Positions 1 through 13,870 of a stretch of DNA of 64,000 bases are shown piece after piece (the first letter of the stretch is position 1; the number at the start of each line of letters is the position of its first letter). The DNA is from Eledone cirrhosa (Eukaryota). Location of the stretch: positions 115,444,001 to 115,508,000 of the forward strand of contig OZ024743.1 of assembly GCA_964016885.1 (NCBI GenBank). The letters are read 5' to 3'. A program made the position numbers and the translations under genes. Below the pieces are notes generated by a model. The model was not told the DNA's origin, did not search any database, and worked only from the letters and a program-made list of their open reading frames with translations.

Positions 1-620
1 ATTGAACAGCGAAACAACAACATATCTGGCAGACTATATTACCAGAATGCTTCAAGGTGAGAGTAGTATAGATAAGCCAAGTAGTATATGTTGGACCAAC
101 ACCCGTTATATTAGCCCTCACTTTCAAGGATATACTAGTGCAATGCAAGGATATACCAACGAAATACCTGACGGACAGAAGAGAAAGTAATGCAGGCAAT
201 ACACCTAGATGTCCCACAGATACAGACTCTGCGGAATAAACAAAATGGATGATACCCCCATCATAAGCAGCTGTCCAAAGATGTCATCAATACCTACGAG
301 GTGACATGTCTAAGACAAAACACTATATAATGCAATCCGTAGAAAGGATGGTCCTGAGAATAAACAACGATGTGAAAGGCATATGCGTATATTATATGAC
401 AGAGTACTAGTGGAATGGTCCTGTCAAAATGCCAATTAAATGAAAACATAACAGCCCAGATATAATGGGATGGGACAATGGAAAGATGGCATGCACAATA
501 GTAGGGATCAGCTGCTGAGCAGATGTCGGGAATATGTTTGCCGAACTAATGAGGCATATGTAGATATTCTACCTTGATTATACCTATAGATATGCACCTG
601 GTCATTGGACTGTATTTGCA
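1..620 (+). mobile_element. Decayed 3' end of an RLE-type (R4/NeSL-like) non-LTR retrotransposon
   Basis: Cross-frame translation gives remnants of the Zn-knuckle (RLCG...IISSCPKMSS) and restriction-like endonuclease region (TLYNAIRRK, KHNSPDI, CTIVGISC, FAELMRHM), with stops and frameshifts. Confidence 0.6.
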
Positions 621-780
621 ACATCTTAATTAGCCATGCACTTTCTGATTGTCCGAAGCCCAGCTTCACGACTCTTGTACTGTTGCAGTTAGAAAGATAT
701 CCAATTCACCCCATGACCACAGGTGCAAATCTAATGGTATAATCAAGGTGGAATATCTACATATACCTCATTGGTTCAGA

Positions 781-868
781 ATACACACACATATACACCC
801 ACACACCCACACATACCCATACACACACAGACACACACATATACAAACACACACACTCACATACACAA

Positions 869-952
<84 letters not shown>
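781..952. repeat. Compound (CA)n-(TA)n microsatellite, representative of dozens in the window
   Basis: Read directly from the sequence. Similar tracts at e.g. 9187-9446, 9608-9827, 18565-18715, 19493-19724, 40899-41156, 43333-43496, 59889-59968. Confidence 0.98.
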
Positions 953-955
<3 letters not shown>

Positions 956-2132
956 TACATAGGTAGAGAGAGAGATTCTGCTGATTTTGTTTACTTTTAA
1001 CATTGACATAAAGTTTGCACATGCATTCAGCACGAGAACATATAACATGTTAATATCCTACTCCTACAGATAATACATTCCATATCTCTAAAACAAAGAA
1101 TGAAGTCTCTCCTAAATACACCAATATTTTTGAATATCACCAGGAAATGTGTAGCGAAACATTTCTTTCGAAACATTAAACGTTTATACATGATAAGTTG
1201 CACGAATATAAAAACTCTACTATCATTAAATATGTTGAAAATATTTTTCGTTATGAAACTATTTTAACACAAGAAATAAATATGCCATTTACCAAACTGT
1301 GAAATATGAGGGGAATCATGCTACCAAGTATTCAAGATTTGCTATCCATAAACGTTATCATACGGTTGAAAAACGTCACCATTTTGAAATGTATGGAAAA
1401 TTCTTTCTTCCAAATATTATTGCAGAAACCAACAAAAATATTCACGCGGATGAATTGAATTCACATTTAGGCTTCGTGAAAATATTTTTATGTAAACAAC
1501 GGTACACACATGCATCAAATATGTTCACTTAAACATACAAAACACTATTACATATGTAAACATTTAATTGCTAAACAATACTAAATTACTAATAGGAAAA
1601 ATAACTACTTATCACCAATTTCACTTAAAGTGACAAAAGTCCATTAAAAGACAGATCGCGATAGATTGACCTTGCAGAAAAGCAAAATGCCGGAAGAGAC
1701 TCCCAAATGCAGGATTTGCAAACGTGTGACAGCACGCATAATCTTCAACTGTAAAGGGATGGGATCTCATATCTGATACTCCATTTAAACTCAAGATGAC
1801 AAAGAAACAACGAGGAAAGTTAACGAGAACAATTTCCATGAAACTATTTATAGAAAAGACACAGGGGGCAATATTTCTTCGTTTTGACACTGGTCGACGC
1901 GGACAGAATATGTCAGATCCAATACAGTTGTCGATTCTTCATTGGATTTTATACAGACTCTCCAGGCTGCAACAGTTCAAAATAGAAGGAAAAAAAAAAA
2001 GATATTCTAGCGCGATGAGCAAACTAGCAACATAATGATTCCACATCAAATCACTGGTCAATTTCTAAAAATAGTATCAAGGGATTGAATGTTTCTCCCA
2101 CATTACATATTAAAAGAACGTAACTGTATTTG

Positions 2133-2164
<32 letters not shown>

Positions 2165-2170
<6 letters not shown>

Positions 2171-2639
2171 TTGCGAGTTTTTTTTAATATGAAATCGTGT
2201 GTCGAAACAAATATTGTTATACTTGGGGAGGGTCATATTGTTGTAATATTATTACCAGAAATAATAACAGGGCACACTCACTGTTTGGTTGGTTTTCGCT
2301 TCTGTATCATTTATAACTCCACAGTTAATTCATTCGGTCCTCAATGTTTACCATTCACTGACCAACGGTCAAAAATCCAGTTATAATATAGACAGATGAT
2401 GTTGCAGATGTGCAAAGAAGTTTGTTAGACTATATATATGTGTTTATATCTATATTATATCTGTATTGTTGACCGTTGATCAGTCAATGGTAAACATTGA
2501 GGACGGAATGAAATAACTGTGGAGATATAATAGATACAGAAGCCCAAAACCAACCAAACAGTGAGTGTGCTCTGTTATTATTTCTGGCTATATTATTACA
2601 ACAATATGACCCTCCCCAAGTATAACAATATATATATAT
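2165..2639. mobile_element. (TA)n-flanked fold-back element with ~180-bp imperfect inverted arms
   Basis: 2211-2392 (atattgttatacttggggagggtcatattg...) is the reverse complement of 2449-2631 (...caatatgaccctccccaagtataacaatat) with scattered mismatches. Confidence 0.8.
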
Positions 2640-2702
2640 GTCCCAAGGCTCTGATACCATCAACACTATAAACACAGAGCTGGCATATCTAAGAACTGAC
2701 TA

Positions 2703-2758
2703 ACTGCCTGATGAGGCCATAGCCATTCAATGGGTATCATCGAAATATATATACCAGT
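2703..2758 (+). ncRNA. Type I hammerhead ribozyme (minimal, palindromic stem III)
   Basis: actgc-CTGATGA-(stem II with ata/tat and ccatt/aatgg)-GAAA-tatata-TA-ccagt. One mismatch at the first stem I pair. AATAAA follows, then (TA)n. Confidence 0.75.
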
Positions 2759-2799
2759 AAATAAAGGATTATTAGTTCATGCAATTGACTTTTTTTTCG

Positions 2800-2869
<70 letters not shown>

Positions 2870-2989
2870 CGTGTGTATACATATATATACATATGTGTGT
2901 GTGTGTCTGATGGTAGCTAAGATGCTTCCATGGACGGTATGCCGGTTGATCACTCTATGCTATTACAGAGCAGAGTATGATATAATATA

Positions 2990-3921
<932 letters not shown>

Positions 3922-3943
3922 CATATATATATATATATATATA

Positions 3944-6900
3944 TCATCATCATCATCATCACTATCATCATCATCGTTTAACGTTTGTCTTCCAAGCTAG
4001 CATGGTTTAGACATGAATTGTCCCACTTGAGGCAAGATTGGTTTTCTTGCTCGTATAGGAATGTCTGGCAGGTTTTCTACGGCTGGATGACCTTTCTAAC
4101 AGTGACCACGTTTACAGTGTGGACTGGGAGGTTTTTACCGTGTTACCTACACGGCCATATTACAGCATGGACTGTGTGTTTTTTGTCGTGACACCTACAC
4201 GACCTCATTATTTAGGACTGGATGTTGTGGTACCAACATAACTTTACAGAAAAGGGGTGGTGTTGATGGGGGTATATTTTTGATTAAGAGGTGCCTACTG
4301 ACTGTAGGTTTCGCTTTGTACATAGGCAAGGCGGGTCTTCTGTATTACTGCGTAGCGCCAAAGATCTCGGTCCAGTGACATTGTCTTAGAGAGGTTTAAG
4401 TGTGTAAGATCGGAATTTATCAAATCGTCCCAGGGTTTTCTGGGTCTACTCCGTAGTTTCTATCACCCTGCACATGTTTATACAGCTGTCGTCTTTCATG
4501 CGCATCACGTGACCATACCAACGTAGTCTTCTCTCGAGTAGACAGTATCTGATCCCTCTTATTCCTAATTTCTCCCTTTGTTCATTTATGATTTGCCGTT
4601 CACGTATATTACTATTACACATCCAACGGATCATGCAAGCTCGTTCCTCTCCAGTCTGCACATACCTTCTGCACACAATGCCCATGTCTCTCTGCCATGT
4701 AACATTGCTGTTCGTATGCAGTCATCATACAGTCTTCCTTTCATTTTTAGAGAGAAACATTTAGCGGCGAATTGTGGTATAAACCCTCTGAACTTTTTCC
4801 ATCCCATTCTGACTTTGGCTACTGTACTTTCAGAGCATCATCCACCACTGCTGATTTTGTCACCCAGGTAACGGAAGGTGTCCACTATTTCTATAGAACC
4901 ATCTGGGCAATGGAAGGAGCTAGTATCCTGTGGGCACTTGCTACTTATTGCACCTGAACACCGGCCACATATAAAATCTATGTTCTTAGTTAGCTTACCT
5001 GTGATCCCACTACATTTTTATGCACCCATACTTTGCATTTGGGACATAAAATGGAGTTTCTGCCTACTCCATTACTACACACTGAGCATGGCCCTTTCCC
5101 AGAGGGGACCAGAGCAGTATTTTCCTTCCTACATACCAGAACTTTAGTCTTAGACAAGTTAACTTTAAGGCCTTTTGATTCTGGGCCATGCTTCCATGTT
5201 TGGATTTCATCTCTAATTCAGCCATCGATTCAGCTATGAGCGTTAGATCATCTGCATATAGAAGTTCCCATGGGCAGCCGGTCTTGAACTCCTCTGTTAT
5301 AGCCTGAGTGGCAATAATAAATAGGAAGGGGCTAAGGACATAGCCCTGATGAACACCAACTTTTACGCTAAATTCTTCACAATATTCATTGTTAATTCTA
5401 ACCTTGCTGACTTTATAGATGGCTTCTATAACTATCACAAGCCATTCATCAACACCTAGTTTTCTAAGAGCCCACCAGGTAATGGAGCAGGGGACTCTGT
5501 AAAATGCTTTCTCGAAGTCAACAAAAGCTAAGTATAGGGGTTTACATTTAGCTAGGTACTTCTCCTGTAGTTATCGTACAAGGAAAATAGCGTCTGTGGT
5601 ACATTTACCTGACACAAACACAAACTGCATGTCATCTAGATCAGTGGTCGCCAACCTTTCTAAAACGGAGGAACCCTCTAAATATTTTGAATTCTTCCCG
5701 GAACCTATACAATACAAAACTTTTCAAAAAAGAATAATAAAGTATTTATTTATTTTAGTGAACTTACGTTGTTAGAACAGCTAACTGACCCTGTCTCTCG
5801 GCTGAGAGACCTCACTGACCTAAAGTTTTCAGTTTAAAGTTATGCTGTCACCGACCAACATTTATCTGTTCGTGATTGGTCAATTTCTAAGTTCAATTAG
5901 TGTATTATCATTAGTAGTCAAATTTTCGGAATTCAGAAAACTGTCTTTCCAAGAATTGATGTGAAATTGAAGGTATTCAATTTCCACGAATCTCAGAAAA
6001 GTGTTGTTCTGCTAATTCAAGTGAAAAATTAAAAGTAGTGTTTTCCATGAATTGGAGTGGAGAACCTGTGTACACTACAATAGTACTCGTTCATTTATAC
6101 ATTGCACCTTTGGCATTTTCTTTGCACCTTTTTCAGAAAACCCAAAATATTAATGGTAGTGTAAATATTTTTTTTTTTTAAGGAACCCGGAGTTTGTTTT
6201 ACGGAACCCCAAGGTTACGCGGAACCCATGTTGGCGACCACTGATCTAGATCAATTCGCTCTCTGATTAGTTGCGCTATAACTCTTTACGCGAACTTCAT
6301 GACCTTGTCATTTAATTTAATGCCTCTATAGTTTCCCCGATCTAGGGTAACTCCTTTACCCTTGTAGCAGTTAATGATGATGCTGCTATGCCAGTCATTT
6401 GGTATAACCCCATTCTGTATGACTTGGTTTACTATCCGGGTGAATATAGTATGTCGCACCGATCCATTTGCTTTCAGAATTTCAGCAACTATCTTCGAAG
6501 GCCCAGCTGCTTTGCCTGTCTTCATATCTTTGATTGCCTTACTTATTATACTACCTTCAATATGCACTGCTGGTGCCTCTATTGGATCGATTTGGGACAG
6601 ACTATATTTTTCCCATTTATTCTCCTCATTTAGTAGCCTCTCGTAGTGACAGCATCAGTGATGGCAAGTACACCAACATCATTACGGACACACTTCTCCC
6701 CAACAATATCACGGTTTTCCTTGACACATTGTCTAGCAATCCTGAACACCTCGCGTTTTTGGTCCTCGCGTTGTAGAACATCCCTGAACTTTCTTTCCTC
6801 TGCTTTCCTTCTTGTAAAGTACACTTGTCTCCTAGCTTCCCTCCTGGCCACTTGATAGTGTTCTCTACTCCCCCCATCCCGCCATACTTTCCAAGTTTGC

Positions 6901-7145
6901 TTTTTGGCCATGATTGACTCCTCCACCTTACTGTTCCGACACCATGTTACTCTCCTCCTGCCTATATGTCTGCTCCAGCCACAGATTTCATCTGTCGCCT
7001 TCAGCAGGTTAACTTTCAGGAATTCCCACTGTTCCTCTATATTGTACGTCTCTAAGTGCTCTTCTTTACTGTCAAAAGTATCAAGTAATATGCTTTTAAA
7101 TTTGATACTGGCGGTGGGGTCCTTTAACTTCCATATTCTTCTTCT
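3944..7145 (-). mobile_element. RTE-clade LINE, 5'-truncated and decayed, with (GAT)n tail
   Basis: Minus-strand ORF pieces: KTGKAAGPS, NYRGIKL, GVHQGYVLSPFLF, LLYADDL, RRLRWYGHVMR. The tail appears as (atc)n at 3944-3975. Interrupted by the hAT MITE. Confidence 0.9.
5642..6243. mobile_element. Non-autonomous hAT (Charlie-like) MITE, 602 bp
   Basis: 14-bp perfect TIRs cagtggtcgccaac/gttggcgaccactg; 8-bp TSD atctagat at 5634-5641 and 6244-6251; subterminal ggaaccc repeats. Confidence 0.92.
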
Positions 7146-7290
7146 CAGAGATAAAAAGGGGAGGATAGGTGATACATATAGTTATATGCCAAGTAGCGTA
7201 TGCCAAAGGTGCTCGATACTAATGCCGGCAGTATTAAATATTCGAAGTGTTAATATTTAGTGGGCTAGAGAGTTAGCAGAGCGTAAGCAC

Positions 7291-9186
7291 GTTAAAGCCG
7301 GCGCTTATCGAGGCCCTATTGTAGTAATATGCCGCTTATTACTACAATAGGCAGATTACTACAATAGGGCCTTGATAAGCACCGGCTTTAACCGAGGAAT
7401 TTCCTACATCCCTAACGCTAGCTCTAGAACCCCGCCCCACCTCATAAAACGAACGTTATAGTAAGCCATACCTATAACCGATCACGCAGCGACCTCCTTG
7501 GAATCGGATATAATTGAATAGATAATCGCACTAAATATCACGACCCCGGCGACGGTGACCACTGTAGATTACTCGAACTATTCCCCTAATACAAAACCAA
7601 CAAAGGCGACGGCCTACTACCAACGCCTTCCAACCAACAACTTCCTGTACATAAACATAGAAGAGGGAAGAGGAGTGCACCCGAGCATAAAGTGAAAGGG
7701 GCACCTAACGGGCTACGGCGCATTAACATACATAAGAGCGGTCACCTAGACGGAACCACCCGTAGCAAACGTACAAGGACACGTAATCGCCACCGTAACG
7801 CCCTATGGTTCCACCCCCACTAATCACAGAGTGTGGCCTCCAGCATACCCCGGATGTTCTTCGAAGACTTAGAGAAGTAATTCCCGCCCAAACATAGGTA
7901 TAGAAAAATTCTTAATAGGAACAATATAAAAATATCCTTCTCTACTACTCCTAACCTAGCAGAAATCATAGGAACAACGAACAACAGTAAGATCACCAAG
8001 ACACAGCACCTCGACACAGACGCACCTACACCTGACAATAACTATGTCGGCCTTAACAACTCCCTAGCAGCATCCAATAGTGCTGGCAACGGCCTCCGCA
8101 GACGCAACCAGCATAACAGCGAAATGACTGGGCAACATGCAGGACATCACGTGCGGAATAACAATCGCACCACCCCGCGTGCTGTGGGTTGTTATGGTGC
8201 TAACGATAGCTGCTGGAGCGTAGGTAACACCGTAGGCAGCAACAATGATAGCCTTACCGTGGGAAATAGATGGAACCCAGACAGAAATTGCAACTGCCGC
8301 GACAGAGGACGCTGCCCCCTTAGAGGATACTGCTTGACTGATAGGGTTATATATAGATGCACTGTAACTAGCCACAGTAGCGTTAAACATTATATAAGGG
8401 CTACATCCGGCCTGTTCAAAATTAGGTTTCGTACTCATCTCCGCTCTTTCACAAATAAAAAACTAAGACACTCCACTTAGCTCGCGGACTACATCACATC
8501 ACTAAAGGACTTAAACATCAGCTTCTCCACGCACTGGGATACCGTCGGCAGGGCTGCACCGTACAACCTCAATAGGAAATGCGATCATTGCCTCATGGAG
8601 CTCTACCACATCATAACTGCACCCACGAGCCCATTAACAGCAGATCTGAAACAGCGATAAGTTGTACACATCGCTTAAACATATCCTTCTTCAGATGGGT
8701 TAAGAATGAGGAGTGACCGTGCACCGGATCTCCCTGCAACAAGTTTTAACACCCCGGCAAGCAGGCGCTGCAAAATAACATCCAGAAAACTAACCTTGCA
8801 TATCAGACCCAGCCTCAAACGACCCAGACACAAACAGATGCGGCAAACAAACGTCTCAAAATAAGCGTTGGTTACATGACCCTGTGCGTATCGACAATGG
8901 TAAGGTTGTAACCTCATCTTGTAACGGATGAAAATTTGTCAGGGAAAGACTGCCCTAACACCGGCCAGACTTACCTCCCTTGACCTGCTGCAAAGTCAAA
9001 ACAAGCTATTTTTGCGAGCAATGAACCTTGACGTGAATTAAACCGCAAAAACTCTTTCCGAGCAATGTAAGGAACACTTTTGGTTATTTATGCCCTTGAG
9101 AAGCCCAACTGGGCGAAACGTACGTAGGTGCTGTTTTAAATAAACATGTTTTAACGGTCTCTTCTCCGATTACCTACTTTTCCACG
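7291..9186 (+). mobile_element. 5'-truncated Penelope-like element (Hydra-like): RT thumb, GIY-YIG, 3' HHR
   Basis: ADYYNRALISTGF thumb region, then NCNCRDRGRCPLRGYCLTDRVIYRC...YIRATSGLFKIRFRTH (CxCx5C linker plus GIY-YIG, 8124-8660) and CDHCLME. HHR at 9092; ends in (TA)n. Confidence 0.82.
9092..9131 (+). ncRNA. Type I hammerhead ribozyme, U3:A8 core variant
   Basis: gccc-TTGAGAA-gccc aact gggc-GAAA-cgtacg-TA-ggtgc: perfect 4-bp stem II, palindromic stem III, bulged stem I. Confidence 0.72.
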
Positions 9187-9213
9187 TATATATATATATA
9201 TATATATATACAG

Positions 9214-9453
<240 letters not shown>

Positions 9454-9605
9454 AAAAATAATGAATAAAACAAAGAAACAGTTCCTTATATTAAACAAAA
9501 AAATTTCATTATTTAACGATCGTTTCTAGGACATATATGTGTTAGAATTGGCATGCATATTCAAAAGATCTATGTACACTACCGTAAACTTTTGGTAGAT
9601 TTATC

Positions 9606-10083
<478 letters not shown>

Positions 10084-10084
10084 G

Positions 10085-10209
<125 letters not shown>

Positions 10210-10257
10210 TATGTGTGTATACGTACATACATATATGTATACAGACGTACAGTAGCA

Positions 10258-10357
<100 letters not shown>

Positions 10358-10478
10358 TACACATATATACATACAGGTACACATACATATATGCACGTAT
10401 CAGTTTAGTGGACGCTTATTATAACGCCGCTTTGTTCGTTTGTAAACAAACTGAACAGTCGGAATATTTATGCAGATG

Positions 10479-10517
10479 GGTGCTGATGATAGCTATCAAG
10501 CTTGAAACTAGTACATC
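10479..10517 (+). ncRNA. Minimal type I hammerhead ribozyme
   Basis: ggtg-CTGATGA-tagct atca agctt-GAAA-ctag-TA-catc. Confidence 0.8.
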
Positions 10518-10687
10518 GTTCCTGTGTCAGTGTTGAACAAATAGGTGACGTGGTTGCCTTAACACCGTACGGCATAACAATTCAGGCTGTTCAGATTGTT
10601 TACAAACGAACAAAGCGGCGTTATAATAAGCGTCCGCTAAACTGATACGTGCATATATGTATGTTTACCTGTATGTATATATGTGTA

Positions 10688-10783
<96 letters not shown>

Positions 10784-10946
10784 TATTTGGATTTAATGCT
10801 CTGAAATAGCGATATATATGTGAAGACAAACATAGAATATTCGAAAATATTCTGTATGTTTATAATAAACATTTTGAAGACCCAATCGCTATAGAATAGA
10901 ATACGTCACGTATTACAATTTGAGATTCTCGATAAAAGCAAGGGAA

Positions 10947-10989
10947 GTAATCTACGCGTTTCATTCTTGTTAGAAATTATCAGGATTAC
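10947..10989 (-). ncRNA. Hammerhead ribozyme copy with G8A core change
   Basis: Reverse complement reads gtaatc-CTGATAA-tttctaacaagaat-GAAA-cgcg-TA-gattac. Confidence 0.75.
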
Positions 10990-11382
10990 ATATCCAATGC
11001 TTTTATCGAGAACGACACAGCTAGAGACTTATAGAATACTTAGCTGTGTACAGGAACTGGTTTGAAAGAGCGGTAGCCGGTCCGGCAGAAATTAGAATTT
11101 GGATTTAATGCTCTGAAATAGCGATATATATGTGAAGACAAACATAGAATATTCGAAAATATTCTGTATGTTTATAATAAACATTTTGAAGACCCAATCG
11201 CTATATAATAGAATACGTCACGTATTACAATTTGAGATTCTCGATAAAAGCTATTTCAGAGCATTAAATCCAAATTCTAATTTCTGCCGGACCGGCTACC
11301 GCTCTTTCAAACCAGTTCCTGTACACAGCTAAGTATTCTATAAGTCTCTAGCTGTGTCGTTCTCGATAAAAGCATTGGATAT

Positions 11383-11425
11383 GTAATCCTGATGATTTCT
11401 AACAAGAATGAAACGCGTAGATTAC
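11383..11425 (+). ncRNA. Type I hammerhead ribozyme, intact core
   Basis: gtaatc-CTGATGA-t ttct aaca agaa t-GAAA-cgcg-TA-gattac: perfect 6-bp stem I and palindromic stem III acgcgt. Confidence 0.9.
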
Positions 11426-11549
11426 TTCCCTTGCTTTTATCGAGAATCTCAAATTGTAATACGTGACGTATTCTATTCTATAGCGATTGGGTCTTCAAAA
11501 TGTTTATTATAAACATACAGAATATTTTCGAATATTCTATGTTTGTCTT

Positions 11550-11594
<45 letters not shown>

Positions 11595-11596
<2 letters not shown>

Positions 11597-11818
11597 CGAA
11601 GGAAATGTGGTAAGGAACCAGGTGGACCATAACGCACCAAAGTACTCAATACTTGAGGTAGTAGAGTGGGTAATAGGAACCAGTAAGACCCCGACAGCTG
11701 AGCTCAAGCCGTTTCGACGGCTAATTCTGGACTAAATGAACATTTATCCTAAATGTTCATTTAGTCCAGAATTAGCCGTCGAAACGGCTTGAGCTCAGCT
11801 GTCGGGGTCTTACTGGTT

Positions 11819-11822
<4 letters not shown>
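11595..11822 (-). mobile_element. Fold-back element family C, copy 1 (HHR 3' half)
   Basis: Perfect palindrome 11674-11822 containing GAAACggc-ttgagctca-gctGTC-ggggtc; (TA)n on both sides. Confidence 0.85.
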
Positions 11823-11852
<30 letters not shown>

Positions 11853-12245
11853 TGCTACTGTACGTCTGTATACATATATGTATGTACGTATACACACATA
11901 CTTACATTTAAGTAAGTGCCGTACTAAGAGTGAGAAATGAAATTTCGTTTTCATTTTATTTCAACTTATATATATATATGTATATATATATATATTCATT
12001 ATAGCGCTTCTTTGTCGTACTATCTTGCCTATCGAATGCAATCGATTTGGTAGAAACTTAGGCGTATACCAAAAAAAGCCTTATAAGTTTACCTATATTC
12101 TAGTTTGTTGCGCATAGTGTAATATATTGAATAGTGGTCTTAGTGGACTTATCTAGTGACGTCTCCACACACACAGACAGACAGACACGCACACACACAC
12201 AGAAACACACATACACATACATACGCACACACACACAAACACACG

Positions 12246-12277
<32 letters not shown>

Positions 12278-12460
12278 GTTATTTATTACTCTAACATCTG
12301 TCTTATCAGAGAGACTATTTTATTTCTGCTTGAAACTTCCAGACACATTGTGAAGCCAAACAAAAAAAAAATTAGCTGGAAGTAAATACGTAAGTCTGGC
12401 GCTTCGAGGAAAAAGCTACTCCCTTAGAAACCTTCCTTATTCGCAGAACCACAATAGCAT

Positions 12461-12509
12461 CCGGGTGAAGTCGCTGTGTTTCATTGATATTGCAAATTCA
12501 TCAGTCCGG
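12461..12509 (-). ncRNA. Degenerate hammerhead-like motif in a probable PLE 3' fragment (~12290-12910)
   Basis: Reverse complement reads ccgga-CTGATGA-att...aat-GAAA-cacagcgacttca-cccgg; stem III does not pair well. Confidence 0.4.
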
Positions 12510-12909
12510 CCATTTGTTAATAGTTTTATTCCATCTCATCTCCTTTATAGAAGAACTCTAAGGAAAGGGGTAATAATTAAGGGTTAAATATATTGTAGGT
12601 TTGTGTAAAAGAACAGATAAAGGGAGCACAAAATATGCGGTACAATGGAGAAAGTTATTTTGATAGAATGTTATTTTGAAAATTATTTTGAAAAAAATAT
12701 AGATCAAGAGCTAATGTAGGAATAAATGTACAGGAAAGAGGTGTGAGAGAGGGCAATGGCGACGTTAGGTAGCTTGCTGAAAGTTAATTAGAGAGTCTTT
12801 GGAAGTTAGGAGTACTTAATGCAAAATGAAAGATATTAAGGAATAACGTTTGTCGTGTGAGTGTTAGATCCGTCACGATGAGGTATACATTTTGAGGTGT
12901 ACAGATGTT

Positions 12910-12957
<48 letters not shown>

Positions 12958-13227
12958 GTGGTGGACTGGCCAGGATAATAGGTTGCCCAATGGGAAGTAG
13001 ATCCGTGGGGCCCGCTGTGGTAATTAGGGGCCAATGCTTTGATTTCAAAGAATATCTTTAAAAATAAGTCTAAGAGAAAGATTAAATAAAAAAAATAAAT
13101 AAATAAACATATCAGCAAAGCAGGCAATTAATAGTAACCAAAATATATGATAGTGCTACCACTTAGAATCACTGGCTGTTTAGCTTACTATGTTTTTTGT
13201 GCATACATACTTCTATACACACACATG

Positions 13228-13299
<72 letters not shown>

Positions 13300-13303
<4 letters not shown>

Positions 13304-13505
13304 AAAACGTATGACCCCGACGGGCAGAGCTCAAGCCGTTTCGACGGCTAGTTCTGGACTCATTTCTGTCCACATATAGCCGTCGAAACGGCTTGAGCTC
13401 TCCCGTCGGGGTCATACTTTTTCCTATTTCCCACTCTACTACCCTAAGTATTGAGTACGCTGGTGCGTTATGGTCCATCTGGTTCCTTACCACAATTCCT
13501 TTGTT
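13300..13505 (+). mobile_element. Fold-back element family C, copy 2
   Basis: Inverted arm, hairpin, then GAAAC(13385)...GTC(13405-13407)ggggtc and a tail homologous to copies 1 and 3. Confidence 0.85.
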
Positions 13506-13529
13506 ATATATATATATATATATATAGTA

Positions 13530-13870
13530 TAAACAAACGAAAAATCAGTGATGCATCTAGACTCAGTTTATTGCGTATTACAATTGTTTCGCTGGCAGAT
13601 CATTATGTGGATCTGCCTGATTCTACAGCTGCAGGTTCTTCGGACACATGCAATGCTCTCGGAGCAAATTTTCTCACTGGCGTTTTAGCTTCAAAAAACA
13701 CCTTAAAAAAAACCATCTTCCACTCTTGTCTTGCCATTGGCTGTTGCTTTTCTACGGCATCATACATTCTTGTCACTATTTGCTTCCACATTGGTCATCA
13801 GCTACTCCCCCGTCCGACACACTTCAATGGAGTCATGCTGGGTTTGGTATCTCACACGTCCGCTTACACT
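13530..13870 (-). mobile_element. Family D element, diverged second copy, followed by CA-rich body to ~14540
   Basis: aaaaatcagtgatgcatct...ttacaattgtttcgc...ttctcactgg...cacttcaatg aligns with 2995-3320. Confidence 0.7.

Larger units (their letters stand above)
10786..11558. mobile_element. Retrozyme-like element (family B): 312-nt unit, 1.5 tandem copies on minus plus about one copy on plus
   Basis: tttggatttaatgctctgaaatagc occurs at 10786 and 11098 (period 312). The inverted monomer runs 11250-11558. One HHR per unit; (TA)n on both sides. Confidence 0.88.

Noticed and set aside
1621-2035. Overlapping 89-aa and 79-aa ORFs in unique-looking sequence
   Set aside because: No recognisable domain and no convincing splice signals.
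9505-9545. Minus-strand GAAAC-gatc-GTT, a possible HHR 3' half in a (TA)n-flanked island
   Set aside because: No 5' core or stem I partner, and only one copy in the window.
11595-11822. Family C palindromes as CRISPR repeats or terminators
   Set aside because: Eukaryotic context, dispersed copies, no repeat-spacer periodicity and no cas genes.
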